Part shown: positions 17,162 to 20,000 of the stretch, piece by piece | Layout: every line of letters begins with the position of its first letter | Numbering within the stretch: position 1 is the stretch's first letter | From: Proteromonas lacertae | Lineage: Eukaryota | DNA length: 20,000 nt | Direction of reading: 5' to 3' | Assembly (NCBI GenBank): GCA_002245135.1 | Contig: NGBS01000599.1 | Location: 109,562-129,561, forward strand | Translations under genes and position numbers: made by a program | The notes under the pieces: generated by a model | Seen by the model: the letters and a program-made list of their open reading frames with translations, nothing else | What the model was told of the DNA's origin: nothing | The model's database searches: none

Positions 17162-20000
17162 ATGAGCAAACATAAAAAGCTTTTAAAAGCATTTTTTAAG
17201 CTTCTAGAACAAACTTTTAATAAAAATAAACATCATAAGCATAAGCATCACCATCATCATAAACATAAACATACAGATGAACCACCACCAGAAGAAGCTC
17301 CAAAACGAAGATTAGCACCATTATTTAGTACAGATGCTATTCAAAATAAAAAAAGATACAATAATGATATACCAATAATCAGTGATACATTCTTTGGTGG
17401 ATTAATGCCTTCTTCCCTACCAAAACCTAACCAAAATCAAAGATTTAATGATAGAATACGTGATGCTAGAGAAGTTGATAAATCATCTCAAGGTGTTATC
17501 AGGAAATGGGTTTTCAATTATAACAATAGAAATTACAGTACTCCACAACAATGTTATCATGATTTTGTTAATAATAGTGATATCAAAGATATATTACATG
17601 AACTAGCTGATACTATGAATATGATCAAATTCTTCTTTATTGTACGTTCTGTTTATATACCAGATGAGTCTACTGACACTGATGATGAAGTTTCAATATT
17701 TAGTCATAGTAGACTATGTGAAATAACTAAAATGTCTACTGTAGGTGAAATACAAACTATACTGGAGAATATATTTACACAAATATCAGAAGATGATTCA
17801 AATCACCCTCAAAGTGGTCTTACTTTTGCTAGAGTAAATACTATTGAATTATATGTAACAAAATTTAAAGTGATACGTGGAAGTAGTTTTATTGCTTTAC
17901 CTGCTAAACTTCAAGGTCTTAGATGTTTAACAAATGTAATAAATGAAGATAATGAATGTTTTAAGTGGAGTGTACTATGCTCATTATATTCTAATAATCT
18001 ACAATGTAATAAAGATAAACCTGAAAAATACAAAATGTATGAAAAGAAAAATGATTGGAGTATGTTAACATTCCCTGTTGATGCTACAGACAATGAATCT
18101 ATCGATAAGTTTGAAACAAAGAATCGTCTAAATGTGAATATATTTTATATTGATATTGCTAAAGATAAAGAAGAAATATTCTTACCCATTCATTTATCTA
18201 AACAAAAGAAATCTAAAAAATATAGTGTTGTAAATCTATTGCTAATAAAAAATGAAGATGGAAATTCACACTATGTAACAATAAATACCTTACCTGCTCT
18301 ATTTAGAAAAATGATAGATAAAAAGAATAATACTAATAATATATTTGTGTGTCCATATTGTCTCTTCTATACTTACGATGATGGATCCTTTAATAGTCAC
18401 CAAATATATGACTGTCAAGATAAAGAGAATGTATTAAGATTATTCCCTGATAAAGATGATAAAGAAAAATCATACTTAAAATTTAGATATTGGACTCACC
18501 TCCAAACATTGCCAGTTGTAATGTATTATGATACTGAAACTTATTTTGTACCATATGATAATGAATTGAATTTAAGTAGATATAAATCTATGGAAGAAAT
18601 AGATAATAATGATACTAGAATAGAATTATCAAAAACTGAGCAATCTATTATGGCTAGGCATAAGCTTTATTCTTACTGTATCTATGTAGATAGTAAAATA
18701 CCAGATATAAACAGTTTTACTGTAATTAAATATAAACAAAATGAGGATCATAATATTGAAAATGATTTTGTCTTGGATATATTTAATATATATGATCAAA
18801 TATGTACAGTTTACAATTACAGACTAGCTAATCCTAAACCTTTTGATGGAGATGAAATAGCTAAGGATATACATAATAAAAGAGAAAATGTGACTTTTGT
18901 GGTAAACCATTTAATTCTATTGATCATGTAAAGGTACTTCACCATGATCATTTCACAGGTCATTATATTGCTTCAATTGGTAGTAATGAGAATCTAAATA
19001 TTGATATAAAAAAACTAAAAGTACCAATAATAGGTCATAATGCTATGAAATATGACCAGCATTTCATAGTAAAGGAATTAGCCAAATTTGCTGCAATAAC
19101 TAATAGTCCACTCAATATTATACCTAATACAGATGAAAACTATAAGTGTATACAATACAAAAATTTGGTGTTTATTGACAGTTATTTATTCTTAGCAGGT
19201 TCTTTAGCAAATTTAACTAATGATCTAAAAATTACAGCAGAATTAAATAATACTAAGAAAGAAAAATTCAAAACAATTTATGAGAATTTTAAAGAATATA
19301 ATGGACATTACCTAGATGATGAAATTATTGAAAAATACTTACTTCAAAAGAATTATTTTCCATATGAGCATATGACATCTCTTGAAGCTTTTGAAGAAAA
19401 TTTCAAAGATCTTACTATAGATAATTTTAAGTCTAAATTGAATGATAATGAAACTATTAAACCTGAAGAATTTGATTTTGCTATGGAAGTAAATCAAATA
19501 TTTGGATTTGATAATATACGTGAATACAATTTATTTTACTTGAAAATTGATGTTTATATCCTTCAGTCTATATTTAATGATTTTAGAGATAATATATTTG
19601 ATACTTTTCACATAGATCCTTGTTGGTATATTTCATTACCCAGTTTATCACTCAATTTATTCTTACATGTATCTGATGTAGAACTTAAATTATTTTGTGA
19701 ACCTGAATACTATGATTTTATATTGAATGGTTTATACGGAGATTATCATATATTGGTAAGCGTAAGGAAGATGCAAATAACAAATTTATGAAAATTATGA
19801 TGAAACTTTACCTAGTAAATTCTTATTATATCAAGACTATAATTCTTTATACCCTTCAGTTATGGCTTCTTGTAAAATGCCTTTAGATGACTTTGAATTT
19901 ATTGATCCAAATTCTATTACATTAGAAAGTATACTTGATTTGCCATATTATGAAGAAATGGATCAAGATAGATTGGAGAATAATGATTTTGTTATATATT
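17162..20000 (+). CDS. Protein-primed family B DNA polymerase (Polinton pPolB polyprotein) with three -1 frameshifts; runs off the window
   Basis: QSGLTF, GSSFIALP, NEDNECFKWS..HY, CPYC, YYDTET (ExoI), CDFC..HHDHFTG insert, GHNAMKYD (ExoII), DSYLFL, KNYFPYE, YLKIDVYIL (ExoIII), GLYG(G)LS, YQDYNSLYPSVM (Pol motif A). Frameshifts at ~18885-18888, ~19741 and ~19791-19794. Confidence 0.95.

Larger units (their letters stand above)
8513..20000. mobile_element. Polinton/Maverick-like endogenous virus region (one rearranged element or two nested elements)
   Basis: Co-occurrence of packaging ATPase, MCP-like gene, rve integrase and pPolB; genes appear intronless and compact. Confidence 0.88.

Noticed and set aside
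5116..18093. Short antisense or overlapping ORFs (5116-5319, 6142-6372, 8416-8640, 10046-10267, 13552-13761, 14672-14932, 16517-16768, 17911-18093)
   Set aside because: Shadows of better-supported genes or pseudogenes, with low-complexity translations.
1..20000. Assigning a specific host organism, or a bacterial origin based on the acyltransferase
   Set aside because: Dynein, Tc1 and Polinton content indicate a eukaryote, but the sequence alone does not identify the taxon.

Overview
Very AT-rich window from a eukaryote, most likely a flagellated protist (axonemal dynein and biotin-carboxylase remnants). The left part (1-8.4 kb) is a decayed accessory region. It holds a bacterial-type AT3-SGNH O-acyltransferase, a GT-A glycosyltransferase and an FkbM methyltransferase pseudogene (the last bracketed by ~250-bp inverted repeats). 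It also holds a deletion-eroded dynein heavy chain pseudogene, a full-length but inactivated Tc1/IS630-type DD34E transposon (CAGTG..CACTG, TA TSD) and a PCC-alpha-like fragment. The right part (8.5-20 kb) is Polinton/Maverick-like: packaging ATPase, major capsid protein (MCP), accessory ORFs, rve integrase, a possible OB-fold protein and a protein-primed PolB running off the edge. The standout structure is at the MCP 5' end. A 501-bp near-perfect palindromic TGT..ACA element with a 5-bp TSD interrupts the gene, and excising it restores the MCP frame. A second end of the same TIR family lies 45 bp away and points into the integrase + pPolB block. This suggests a nested, possibly capsid-less, self-synthesizing element and its minimal fold-back derivative inserted in the capsid gene of another endogenous virus.
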